IMG/VR virus record: IMGVR_UViG_3300020045_011693
Location: 1 to 37,141 of that record
DNA from: a virus
Lineage: Duplodnaviria; Caudoviricetes
Length of the DNA: 37,141 nucleotides
Reading direction: 5' to 3' (one strand)
The notes under the pieces were generated by a model. The model saw nothing but the letters and a program-made list of their open reading frames with translations. It was not told the DNA's origin and did not search any database. Numbering within the stretch: the first letter of the stretch is position 1; each line of letters starts with the position of its first letter. The position numbers and the translations under genes were made by a program. This document shows, one piece after another, positions 1-8,735 of the stretch.

Positions 1-121
1 CGCTCGACTGGGCGGGTAACGTTGCGTCGCTGGCGTGGTCTGACTACATCGCTCCCTTCCTGTGGGATGCGTGGTTGACTGCGGTGGACTGGGCAACCTA
101 CATCGCTCCGATTGCCTGGGA
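1..121. repeat. Terminal direct repeat (assembly overlap of a circular contig), left copy
   Basis: Bases 1-121 are identical to 37021-37141, and the TMP reading frame runs through the junction in frame. Confidence 0.95.
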
Positions 122-1331
122 GACGATCATCACCACTCTCTCAGACTGGGGGCAGTGGATTACATCGCTGGACTGGACGAATATCATCACGACGGTGCTC
201 GACTGGGCAACGTGGATACCAGCGCTGACGTGGACGGCATTTGTGACTGCGCTAGAGTGGTCGGTGTACATCGCTGGTGCGTTGGCGTGGGGCACGTACA
301 TTGTGTCGCTCAAGTGGGTCGATTGGATTTCGAGCCTGACATGGGCGGATATGGTGGCTGCGGTCAAGTGGGTTGACTACATTGTGTCGTTCACCTGGGA
401 TTCATTCATCTCGAAGCTCGAATGGACCGGTCTGATTGCCAAGCTGGAGAGTTGGGGTGAATTCATCACGTCTCTTGATTGGACGAAGATTATCACGACA
501 GCAGTCCAGTGGGCTGTCTTTGTGCCAGTGCTGGCGTGGAATACGTTTGTCGAGTTGATCGAGTGGGCAGATTGGTTATTGACAATGGAGTGGGACGATT
601 ACGCGTCGGAATTGAAATGGTCTGATTTTGTAGCGAAAGCGCTGGCCTGGGGCGATTTTATCAAGTCGCTTGATTGGGCATCGTGGGTGGCGAAGGCGTT
701 GGCCTGGGGTGATTTTATTAGCGATTTGGTGTGGTCCACCTTTATTTCTCAAATCGAGTGGCCTGATCTCTCGTTTGACTGGGGGCGATTTGTGCCCGAT
801 CTGTCGTGGCCGTCGATTGGCTGGCCTGGGTGGGGTAGTTTTATTCCGAGCTTTCCTGGGTGGCCTGATGTCGGCGGGATGATTTCGGGGCTGATCGGCG
901 GCGGCGGTGAAGAAGCGGAAGAGGAAAAGAGCGGTAAAAGCGGCAAATCGGGGCGGAGCAGTCGAGGTGGGGGGCTGGGGGTTGCGGCTGAGTTGTTGGG
1001 TTTGAATTCGTTTATCGACACATACCGACCGTTGCCTGTGTTGGATTTGGCGGCGTTTGGCATGGATAAATTCCCCCGGGTGACTGATTCGTCGTTGGAT
1101 TTTGAGAGTGTGCCCGGCAGTCAGGTTACTAACCAGGTGGTGCCGAAGGCGAACAATGGGCGGTTGAATGTGGATGATTTGGCAGAGGCGATTATACGGG
1201 CGTTGCGGGCAGAGCCAATGCAGGTGCAGTTGAACTTTGCGGCGACGATATCCGGGGATGCGGATGCGGAGCGGGTGAGCTATCAAATGGCCAGGCGCAT
1301 CGGTGAGATTTTGCAGCGGCGGACGGCGTAG
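3..1331 (+). CDS. Tape measure protein, C-terminal part (continues from 34665 across the circular junction; about 1228 aa total as assembled)
   Basis: In frame with the ORF from ATG 34665; Trp roughly every 9 residues (LDWATYIAP/IAWETIITT); directly precedes the distal tail gene. Confidence 0.88.
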   Translation, partial: LDWAGNVASLAWSDYIAPFLWDAWLTAVDWATYIAPIAWETIITTLSDWGQWITSLDWTNIITTVLDWATWIPALTWTAFVTALEWSVYIAGALAWGTYIVSLKWVDWISSLTWADMVAAVKWVDYIVSFTWDSFISKLEWTGLIAKLESWGEFITSLDWTKIITTAVQWAVFVPVLAWNTFVELIEWADWLLTMEWDDYASELKWSDFVAKALAWGDFIKSLDWASWVAKALAWGDFISDLVWSTFISQIEWPDLSFDWGRFVPDLSWPSIGWPGWGSFIPSFPGWPDVGGMISGLIGGGGEEAEEEKSGKSGKSGRSSRGGGLGVAAELLGLNSFIDTYRPLPVLDLAAFGMDKFPRVTDSSLDFESVPGSQVTNQVVPKANNGRLNVDDLAEAIIRALRAEPMQVQLNFAATISGDADAERVSYQMARRIGEILQRRTA

Positions 1332-1335
1332 GTTG

Positions 1336-1364
1336 CCGACTGATAAGCAATTATTATCGTTCGA
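1336..1364. repeat. 29-bp 11-7-11 site copy 1 (CCGACTGATAA gcaatta TTATCGTTCGA)
   Basis: Read directly; lies in the TMP/distal-tail intergenic gap and abuts the RBS. Confidence 0.9.
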
Positions 1365-1372
1365 GGATTTTT

Positions 1373-2743
1373 ATGGAAGTGCGATTTTCGGATGGCGCAA
1401 CAACCTACAATCTTTATCTGGGTGATGTGACACTGCTGAGTTACACGCCAACGGTTGGCGAGCGGTCGAAAGACAGAGTGACTGACAGCCTGGAGATACT
1501 GATCGCAGCATCTAGCCTTGCCAACCAGCAGGCCACGAAAGACACGATCAATTCGTGGCTGTCGATTGCGCGTGAGATGTGGGAGACGGTCAGCGAGACG
1601 AGGATTTGGATCGAGATCAAACAGGCGGATGAAAGCGAATGGCGCAGGTCTGAGCTACTGGGCGGGCGGTTGCAGCCTGTCAGTGGCACGTTGGATGGAC
1701 ACTCACAGTTGAAGCAAATCTACCAGATTGTTTTTGAACGACGCAACTGGTGGGAGTGGCCGGAAGTCGAATTGCCCATTTCGATTGATAATTCGACCTT
1801 TGCCACGGGTGGGGTCGAAATTACGGCGGATGGGGCAGCGATCTACCTACAGGGCACTGACATCGCTGGAGATCCACAGCAACCCGTGCCAGTGCGCATC
1901 GAATTGACGGAGCCAACGGGGTACTACGAGGGGATCGACAAAGTTTATATTGCCCACAACGTTTTTGCCGATCTGAGTCAGGCTGCGCCTGATGATCACA
2001 TTTTGGAGGGTGAGGAGGCTGCGCCACTGGTCGGGGCGACGGCAGATGCGCTGGCGAGGGGTGGGCAGGTCAACCGGATAACATGGTCTGGCGGACCGAT
2101 GGATAATGCGCACATGCTCAAATTTTCACTTAGTAGTGCGTTGCTGGCGGATTTGGGCGGGCGCTGGTATCGGCTGCTGTTGGCAGTAAAGCCAACCATA
2201 ACCGAGCCGCTTTACGGACACTTTTCGCTCTTCTGGGGTGGCTATCAGGCAAACATTCATAGCCCGATAGCGGAGACTGAAGAGGTTGAGATCAAAGACA
2301 GCGCACTGGGGAACTATCGACTCTTGGACTTTGGGGCGCTGCAATTGCCATCATTTGTGCCAGCGGCATTATCGCCGGCGGGACTGACGTTGACTCTGCG
2401 CTTACGGACGATCCACACATCGGGTACGGTGGACGTGGACTTTTTGGTACTTGCGCCAACCGACAGTTTTCATTCAACGAAATCAGCGAATGTAACCCGG
2501 ACGTTTGACAAAATGTTTTTCGACGGACGGCTGCCGAAAACGTATGTTCGTGAATACATCGCTGACTTGGCTATCGATAGCTTCGCTGACGTGTCGAAGC
2601 ATGTGAGTTTGTGGCCTGGTCGGGATCAATGGCTGGGAATTCTCCAGACGTACCACGATGGGGACTCGAGTTATGATGATTTCTTGTGGGATATTCCGTG
2701 GACGATGCAGGTGTGGTATCGACCACGAAGGAGCACGGTGTAA
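1373..2743 (+). CDS. Putative distal tail / tail-tip protein
   Basis: 456-aa ORF immediately after TMP with RBS GAGGA; C-terminal VWYRPR resembles Dit-like ends. Assignment is mainly by synteny. Confidence 0.6.
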   Translation: MEVRFSDGATTYNLYLGDVTLLSYTPTVGERSKDRVTDSLEILIAASSLANQQATKDTINSWLSIAREMWETVSETRIWIEIKQADESEWRRSELLGGRLQPVSGTLDGHSQLKQIYQIVFERRNWWEWPEVELPISIDNSTFATGGVEITADGAAIYLQGTDIAGDPQQPVPVRIELTEPTGYYEGIDKVYIAHNVFADLSQAAPDDHILEGEEAAPLVGATADALARGGQVNRITWSGGPMDNAHMLKFSLSSALLADLGGRWYRLLLAVKPTITEPLYGHFSLFWGGYQANIHSPIAETEEVEIKDSALGNYRLLDFGALQLPSFVPAALSPAGLTLTLRLRTIHTSGTVDVDFLVLAPTDSFHSTKSANVTRTFDKMFFDGRLPKTYVREYIADLAIDSFADVSKHVSLWPGRDQWLGILQTYHDGDSSYDDFLWDIPWTMQVWYRPRRSTV

Positions 2744-2745
2744 TT

Positions 2746-3795
2746 ATGGCATTTACGCGAGTTTGGCAGGCGGGGGCGGAGTTACAGGCGCTCAACGAGT
2801 CGAGCGAGTATGTGTCTGCCTCCTATGGTGGCGGCAGCATGACCGTCTCGAATACTAAGGCGAAAACAGGCAGCTACAGCTTTCGGTCTGGGACGAATGA
2901 CTATCCGCGTGGCTATGCTGGCGTGCTCACGCAATTTCGGGCTGGCGTGTTCATTAATCACAATGGGGTTTCTGGTACGGTTGCGGGGCGTAAATCGTTC
3001 ATTTTTGTGGTGCCGACGACTGGCATAACGAACGTCGAGGTGTATTGGGATCACAATACGTCGCTGTTGAATCTCGTGGTGAATGGTACGGCAGTCGATA
3101 CCATTGATGTGGGTGCGGCTGGGTTCAGCACAACGAACACATGGTTTCATTTGGGCATCACCTACAAGGCGCACGCCAGCACAGGATTTGTCTCGGTCTA
3201 TTTGGACGGGACAAAAATCCTTGAATTTACTGGCAACACGGGCACGCAGGCTGACGGCGTGTATTTTGGTGGGCGGAGCACAAGTATCAACGGCTGGACC
3301 AACTATGCCTATTTTGATGATTTCTATGTTGACTCTGCCTCTGGCGATGCCGACGCAGCTCCACCGTCGTACCGATTCCTGTGGCAGGCTGTCAATGCTG
3401 CGGGCACATCGGCAGCGTGGACGGCAACCGGGGCATCCCCCAACTATGCGTGCGTGGACGATGCGGTGCCAAACGATGATACGGACTACGTGTCTGCAGC
3501 AAGTGCGGGGCTGGTAGACTACTACAACACAGCGTCTGTCACCGTGCCTACAGGCTATGTGATCAATGCAGTCATACCGACCGGATGGGCGAAAAAGACC
3601 GACGCTGGCACAGATAGCGAGATTAAACTGGGGACACGACTGAGCGGCACGGACGTGGATGGCACAGCGCAGAATCTACAAACTGCCTATGGTCTGGTGT
3701 TCGAGAGGCACACGACTAAGCCCGGCGGTGGGTCATGGTCGGAATCAGACGCCAACAGTGCTGAGATTAAAATCGAGTCGGCTGGCGCATTCTAG
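2746..3795 (+). CDS. Tail-associated protein with LamG/concanavalin-like domain (candidate receptor-binding or accessory protein)
   Basis: ATG 2746 after AAGGAG; motifs TWFHLGITY, VSVYLDG and YFDDFYV are typical of LamG folds. Confidence 0.65.
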   Translation: MAFTRVWQAGAELQALNESSEYVSASYGGGSMTVSNTKAKTGSYSFRSGTNDYPRGYAGVLTQFRAGVFINHNGVSGTVAGRKSFIFVVPTTGITNVEVYWDHNTSLLNLVVNGTAVDTIDVGAAGFSTTNTWFHLGITYKAHASTGFVSVYLDGTKILEFTGNTGTQADGVYFGGRSTSINGWTNYAYFDDFYVDSASGDADAAPPSYRFLWQAVNAAGTSAAWTATGASPNYACVDDAVPNDDTDYVSAASAGLVDYYNTASVTVPTGYVINAVIPTGWAKKTDAGTDSEIKLGTRLSGTDVDGTAQNLQTAYGLVFERHTTKPGGGSWSESDANSAEIKIESAGAF

Positions 3796-3805
3796 GGGGT
3801 AACTC

Positions 3806-5137
3806 ATGGCAACAGGAAGAGTTACCAAATCTGGGGCGTATGCGGAGTTGGGCGGTGCCAGCGAGCAGGTGACGCAGGCTGGGGCATACGTCGAGATTGG
3901 ACAATCGTCGATCTCTGCGCAGGTGACCCAGGCTGGAGCCTACGTCGAGATTAAGTCGATTGAGGTGCGGGTCACGCAGCTTGGCCCGTATGTCGAGCTA
4001 GTCACTGAGGGTCACGTTACACAGATTGGGGCGTATGTTGAGATCGAGCAGCCGCCTCCACCCAAGCCCTCGGCCAACCGAGAGCCTGCGTTTTACTGCC
4101 ATCTGCAGCGACCCGACTTCAGCGAATCGCCCAGTCTGCCCTTTGAACTGATGCCGCTGCGTTGGAGCTGGACCCGTCCAGGCGGGCCGGATCGGGCGAC
4201 GGTCGAGGTGATGGGCACAGAGCGCAATGTGTGGCAGATGTTGCCTGCGTTTCTGCGGGCGCCAGTGACGATCTACAACAATAACCATTCACAACTTTGG
4301 TGGGGATACGTGGCGCAGATCGAGCTATTTGCCAACGATATGGTAGTCGGGTTGTCGCTGGATGGTTTGTACAACCGGGTGGCGGTGACCTATAACGATC
4401 TGCCGGCAGGCGGGTCGAGCAGCACGCCAGCGGTGACGGCCTGGGTGCAGAATGATGAGAGTGTGAGTCGGTTTGGGACAAAGGAATTGTTGCAGCAATA
4501 TGGGGACGCTACCAGCGCACAGGCTGAGGCGGTGCGAGATGGGATATTGTCAGCGTTTCAGTATGTGCTGCCCGATGTGCGCCCAGGGCGGTCAAATGTG
4601 GTGGGTCGGCTGATTTGTCGCGGTTGGTGGCAGACGTTGGGCTGGCGTTATTACGAAAATAGTGGCACGGCGAGCACGGTGATCAGCGACCAGATCGGGG
4701 ATATTGTGACTGCGGTCGGCGATTACTTCACCGGGTTCGATGCGGTTGATGCGCACGCAGTTTCGTCGAACGAATACCGGGATGGGACGGAGACGGCGCA
4801 GCAAATCATCGAGCAGTTGCTCCAGACTCCATCGGGCGGGGCGGCGGTGACTGCGACGGTGACAAAGGAGCGGCTGCTTCGGTTCGGGGTCGAGGGGTCG
4901 AGCGGGGTCGAGGATTGGGTGTTGCTGCCTAACAGTCAGTTCCGCACGTATTTGGGTGGCGTGCCTGACCCTGGGCGGGAGATCATCGGGTGGACGCAGT
5001 TGCGAGGAATGTTGCCGACGGATAGTTGGGGGTATATGAATAGCCCAACGCCGCTGTACATTGAAGAGAATGAGTTTGATGCGCAGTCGCTCACCTATCA
5101 ATGGCGGGCGAGGGGGGCGCAGAGTCCGTGGTTATAA
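3806..5137 (+). CDS. Minor tail / baseplate-hub-like protein with N-terminal VTQxGAYVEI repeats
   Basis: Last gene of the late operon; LWWGYVAQIE and SVSRFGTKE segments resemble phage tail hub proteins; five short N-terminal repeats. Confidence 0.55.
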   Translation: MATGRVTKSGAYAELGGASEQVTQAGAYVEIGQSSISAQVTQAGAYVEIKSIEVRVTQLGPYVELVTEGHVTQIGAYVEIEQPPPPKPSANREPAFYCHLQRPDFSESPSLPFELMPLRWSWTRPGGPDRATVEVMGTERNVWQMLPAFLRAPVTIYNNNHSQLWWGYVAQIELFANDMVVGLSLDGLYNRVAVTYNDLPAGGSSSTPAVTAWVQNDESVSRFGTKELLQQYGDATSAQAEAVRDGILSAFQYVLPDVRPGRSNVVGRLICRGWWQTLGWRYYENSGTASTVISDQIGDIVTAVGDYFTGFDAVDAHAVSSNEYRDGTETAQQIIEQLLQTPSGGAAVTATVTKERLLRFGVEGSSGVEDWVLLPNSQFRTYLGGVPDPGREIIGWTQLRGMLPTDSWGYMNSPTPLYIEENEFDAQSLTYQWRARGAQSPWL

Positions 5138-5142
5138 AATCG

Positions 5143-5171
5143 CCGACTGATAAGAAGTGATTATCGTCCGG
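5143..5171. repeat. 29-bp site copy 2 (CCGACTGATAA gaagtga TTATCGTCCGG)
   Basis: Read directly; 5 bp after the last tail gene stop. Confidence 0.9.
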
Positions 5172-5174
5172 CAC

Positions 5175-5226
5175 CCACAAACGAAGAGAGCCACCTGGCT
5201 GACCAGGTGGCTCTCTTCGTTTGTGG
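5175..5226. terminator. Long hairpin between the convergent late and early arms, probably a bidirectional terminator
   Basis: Perfect 24-bp inverted repeat CCACAAACGAAGAGAGCCACCTGG-ctga-CCAGGTGGCTCTCTTCGTTTGTGG. Confidence 0.75.
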
Positions 5227-5260
5227 TGTCTGTCTGTAAAACTTTCTCGGTTAAACCTCA

Positions 5261-5367
5261 CTGCGACTGACTGAGTGGTAGTACTGCAACTGACTGAGAC
5301 TGACTGGGTGGTAGTACTGTGAATGACTGGATGGTTGACTGGGACTGGTTAAGATTGACTGGTACTG
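5261..5367. repeat. Cluster of GACTG short direct repeats
   Basis: About ten GACTG/ACTG units, including GACTGACTGRGTGGTAGTACTG twice (5265, 5298). Confidence 0.8.
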
Positions 5368-5897
5368 TCTCGGCGGTTGTACTTGGATAGTCTGATACTG
5401 ACTTGACGACGCAGTTGCATCCACTTGCGCTCGGTGGGTTTGTTGTTTTTGAGCCACAATTCTACATCTTCCAGCGACTCGAAGCTGACGGTATCGAGTG
5501 CCCAGTCTCGCCGATGCGAGTTGTAGAAGAGTGGCGGGGTCTGGCGAGATTCTTGCTGCCAGAGGATGTAGTTGCGCAGGGTGAAGCGCGCTACTCTGCC
5601 CAGTTTGCCAGTGCCCGACCAGGGCGTTTTGACGCCTGGGGCAAGCCACTGGTTATCAATGAGGTGCAGGAAGATGCCCTCTTCACTGGTCCACAGCGAA
5701 ACCAGAAATAGACGTAGTGTGTGCCAGGCGGCGTCTATTTCTGGCTGAATCAGCAGGTCGTCAAAGCTGTGCTGAATGGGCTTGCCAGTCAGCCCGAAGT
5801 TGCCAGCGGTCTCGACGGCTTTGGCGAATAGGTTGTTGACACGGGCGTCGGTGCCATCGATCACGTCGCTGGCGTGGTTGCCGTTGAGGTGGATCAT
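5349..5897 (-). CDS. Hypothetical protein
   Basis: 182-aa ORF, ATGA-coupled to the upstream ORF, RBS GGAGG. Confidence 0.7.
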   Translation of the reverse strand: MIHLNGNHASDVIDGTDARVNNLFAKAVETAGNFGLTGKPIQHSFDDLLIQPEIDAAWHTLRLFLVSLWTSEEGIFLHLIDNQWLAPGVKTPWSGTGKLGRVARFTLRNYILWQQESRQTPPLFYNSHRRDWALDTVSFESLEDVELWLKNNKPTERKWMQLRRQVSIRLSKYNRRDSTSQS

Positions 5898-6400
5898 GTG
5901 CTGCCTCCGTAGTCACGCTCGATGCGTTTTTTGCGCTCGATGATGTCGAGTTTGTGATGGTCTCGCCACTGACGTAGACGCATGGCTACGACCCGCCCAG
6001 CCCAGTATGCTGGGCTTTCTGACATGTGCCAGGCACTCACTACCAGGAAGGTGAGGATGTAGCCTACGCTGGCCAACACAAGCCAGGCGAGCAGGCTAAA
6101 ACCGGAAAGCACACTCAGTGCAGCAGCTGTGGTCACGCTGAGGAAGCTGCCCACCACGAGCGACTGGTAGACGACGGCTTTGGCACGGGTAACAGGGTCG
6201 GCGATCTCCTGGCGTACATGGGTGATGGGGGCTGGCACGCCGGCGTCTTCCTCGTCTCGCCAGGTCGGGATCGGGTTGACTTGTATGGCTGGGCGCTGGG
6301 CCAGGGCGGTGGTCTCACGCGGGACGATGCGCTCGCCATACTTGTCGCCGATGAAGATGGTGTCGGTTGGTTTGGTGTCGAGGTCTTGGTAGTGGTTCAT
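5894..6400 (-). CDS. Hypothetical membrane protein (2 TM)
   Basis: 168 aa with two hydrophobic segments; start/stop overlaps with both neighbours. Confidence 0.75.
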   Translation of the reverse strand: MNHYQDLDTKPTDTIFIGDKYGERIVPRETTALAQRPAIQVNPIPTWRDEEDAGVPAPITHVRQEIADPVTRAKAVVYQSLVVGSFLSVTTAAALSVLSGFSLLAWLVLASVGYILTFLVVSAWHMSESPAYWAGRVVAMRLRQWRDHHKLDIIERKKRIERDYGGST

Positions 6401-6627
6401 TTGCGCACCTTTGCCTTTGCTGCCTTGACCAACTTCTTGATCTCCTTGGCCGTTTTTGGCATGTTCACCTTTCCGCCTTCCAGCGGTCGCACAAACTCAC
6501 GCTGAGCGCGTTCTTCTTCGGCTTTCGTTGGTTTGCGCGCCTTTCGGCTGCGTTTGGTGGTGCGTGTGCGCTTGCGGGTCAGGTCTCGACCGGAGAGTTT
6601 TGAAAGCACTCGTGTAAAAAGGCTCAT
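6397..6627 (-). CDS. Small highly basic hypothetical protein
   Basis: 76 aa, K/R-rich, 4-bp overlaps with both neighbours. Confidence 0.7.
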   Translation of the reverse strand: MSLFTRVLSKLSGRDLTRKRTRTTKRSRKARKPTKAEEERAQREFVRPLEGGKVNMPKTAKEIKKLVKAAKAKVRK

Positions 6628-6869
6628 TGTCCCACCTCCACGATTGCGCTAAATCCCAGCAAGATCACCACGAACAACAAAATCGCAATCGAGAATGCGA
6701 TTCCACTCGCCCCATGACGAATTCCTTCCTCAGCAATCTCTAGCGATTTTTCAGGGTCATCAGCCTGCTGGTGAGACTCAATCAGTGCGCTAGTGGTGCT
6801 CTTCATGCTGAACAGCCAGCGAACCAGTCCTATGATGAGCGCTACAATGGCGATTTCGATTCCAGTCAT
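6624..6869 (-). CDS. Small membrane protein (2 TM)
   Basis: 81 aa with hydrophobic N- and C-terminal helices; coupled overlaps. Confidence 0.75.
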   Translation of the reverse strand: MTGIEIAIVALIIGLVRWLFSMKSTTSALIESHQQADDPEKSLEIAEEGIRHGASGIAFSIAILLFVVILLGFSAIVEVGQ

Positions 6870-7414
6870 TTGCTCACCTCCATCTGATCAAGCATGTGGA
6901 CTGGTTGAGTCTCGTAATCAAACCAGTGAATACCGGTCTCGGTCACAGTCTGCGCCGGACACTCGGATTGAACAGTAATAGGCTTCTGATGCTGGATGAT
7001 GCGATACCCGTCGCTCCGCTCTTGCTCGTTCAAAGCGATAGCCGCAGCATGTCTCTTGTCTTCCTCGGCCATGCTGTCGCAAACGGCACTGACAACACAG
7101 ATCATCATTGCGCCCAAAAACAGACCAGAACTTAGCAGGGACTCGCCAGGCGTAATCGAGCAAGCTTTGGCGCAGAAGAGCGTACCGAGCATAACGAGCG
7201 ACAGGAACGCTCCACCGATTGCGCCCCACATCATGGAAATCTGAAAGTTCGTTGGCTCCAGCCCCCTGTGATAGCCGTAGCTTGGTGTCTTCGCCAGACC
7301 CTTCAGCGCGCCAACCGCAGCTGCGCCAGCTATTAGGCTACCGGTCACGGGTGCGCACAGCGCGACCCCTATACCGAGCGGGACGGCTATTGACATTGAA
7401 ATTGTCTTGTTCAT
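6866..7414 (-). CDS. Hypothetical membrane protein (3-4 TM)
   Basis: 182 aa with several hydrophobic segments; RBS GAGGTG. Confidence 0.7.
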   Translation of the reverse strand: MNKTISMSIAVPLGIGVALCAPVTGSLIAGAAAVGALKGLAKTPSYGYHRGLEPTNFQISMMWGAIGGAFLSLVMLGTLFCAKACSITPGESLLSSGLFLGAMMICVVSAVCDSMAEEDKRHAAAIALNEQERSDGYRIIQHQKPITVQSECPAQTVTETGIHWFDYETQPVHMLDQMEVSK

Positions 7415-7707
7415 CTGCTCACCTCGGTTTCTTTTTTGACAAGGGGATAGTTTGTCGGTCGGTTAGGCACGGGGCGCACATAATCCGGTTCTGACAATAG
7501 CTCGTACCGTACCGGGCGTTGTGGTTGCGGCTGCCCGACTGGTTGACGATTGGCGGTAACTGCAATCAGCGCAGCGGGGATGCCTGCCATCATGCCGAAA
7601 ATTACGCCCAGGGCCAGCCCCAGGGCGTCGGTGTTGAGGCGGCTGCCGACTTGCCAGCCCGCAGCGGCCACGAAGACCAATAGTGTAATGCCTAGTAATT
7701 TATTCAT
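7411..7707 (-). CDS. Hypothetical membrane protein (2 TM, Pro/Gln-rich tail)
   Basis: 98 aa, RBS AAGGAG. Confidence 0.75.
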   Translation of the reverse strand: MNKLLGITLLVFVAAAGWQVGSRLNTDALGLALGVIFGMMAGIPAALIAVTANRQPVGQPQPQRPVRYELLSEPDYVRPVPNRPTNYPLVKKETEVSR

Positions 7708-7715
7708 AGTGCTCC

Positions 7716-7850
7716 TTAGAACAATGAAGCTAACGCTTCGACAAAGACCGAGCCGATCATCATCAGTCCGGCGAACAATAGACCCGACCCGATTACGAGT
7801 GCCAGCAGGCGCTTGCGTCGCTCACTGGCCAGTTGATGTTGTTTGTGCAT
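7716..7850 (-). CDS. Small single-TM protein (44 aa, MHKQHQLASERRKRLLALVIGSGLLFAGLMMIGSVFVEALASLF)
   Basis: Translated by hand (below the ORF-track cutoff); strong RBS AAGGAG; stop lies next to the following RBS. Confidence 0.65.
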   Translation of the reverse strand: MHKQHQLASERRKRLLALVIGSGLLFAGLMMIGSVFVEALASLF

Positions 7851-7917
7851 ATCTCTCCTTTTTCAGTGCCAGTGAGCCAAATAAAAACAGCCCACTAGCG
7901 TATGGCATAGATTGAAC

Positions 7918-7946
7918 TTGCCACCGCCGTGGGCTGTTGCTATGAT
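7918..7946 (+). promoter_or_regulatory. Sigma70-type promoter pointing against the early operon
   Basis: TTGCCA-N17-TATGAT with extended -10 TG. Confidence 0.5.
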
Positions 7947-8090
7947 TGCAACAGCACCGCTACCCGGTCAAAGGTACGAGCGGTGTGTCTTGTTTGTGGC
8001 CAGGCCGTGAACCTGGTCACAAACGTACTACGCTTTAGTTGGTTTAGTTCCTCGCATCACCCCCTTTCGTTTTCGATGTAGCTGTAAACC

Positions 8091-8309
8091 CTACGTGGTT
8101 TCTTCTGCCCATTTGCTCAACAGTTGGTCGTACATACCAGCTTTGAATAGATAACGCTCCACCGTGTTGGTCGCTTGCACTGTGCCACAAGCGGCATTGA
8201 CTTGCTGTTGCGGAATCTTATTTGCGTAATACCTTTTGCGATGTTCAAGCGCCTCGAAGATTAGGTCGATCTCTTCTTGCTCGAATAGCTCTAAGGTGGT
8301 TGCTGCCAT
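8091..8309 (-). CDS. Hypothetical protein
   Basis: 72 aa, RBS GAGGAG. Confidence 0.7.
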   Translation of the reverse strand: MAATTLELFEQEEIDLIFEALEHRKRYYANKIPQQQVNAACGTVQATNTVERYLFKAGMYDQLLSKWAEETT

Positions 8310-8330
8310 AGTTACTCCTCATTGTTTTCT

Positions 8331-8359
8331 CCGACAGATAACCCTTTCTTATCAGTCGG
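8331..8359. repeat. 29-bp site copy 3 (CCGACAGATAA ccctttc TTATCAGTCGG)
   Basis: Read directly; supplies the TGA stop of ORF 8352-8723. Confidence 0.9.
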
Positions 8360-8723
8360 TGGCTGTTTGAAAAAGATAGAACTCAAACGGCTTGACTTCG
8401 AGTCCAGTATCGAAGGCGTCGAGCCACTGAAGCACTTCAAGCGGCGCTTCATAACGCTCACCATCGATCTCGATATACTCATCTCGTTCGTACTGAGCGA
8501 CTTTGACCGACTTGGCAGCGGGCAGGGCACGCCGAATGGCATGTGCCACTGAACAATCGGCGTAGTGGGCAACGATGCCATTTTCGATGTCTTGTTGGGT
8601 GACGGTGACGTGGATGGGCAAGGGTGCAATCGATAGTTCTCGCAGCCAGGCCAGCACCAACGCTGCCGCTCCGCCAACGCATAGACCGGTCATGGCTGCG
8701 ACGATAATTTGTGTGAGTGTCAT
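8352..8723 (-). CDS. Hypothetical phage protein with N-terminal TM anchor
   Basis: 123 aa, RBS AAGGAG, hydrophobic N-terminus. Confidence 0.7.
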   Translation of the reverse strand: MTLTQIIVAAMTGLCVGGAAALVLAWLRELSIAPLPIHVTVTQQDIENGIVAHYADCSVAHAIRRALPAAKSVKVAQYERDEYIEIDGERYEAPLEVLQWLDAFDTGLEVKPFEFYLFQTATD

Positions 8724-8735
8724 TGGTTTTGCTCC

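Noticed and set aside
1-121. Terminal repeat as a biological phage DTR
   Set aside because: It lies mid-gene inside a TMP tandem repeat and looks like an assembler overlap.
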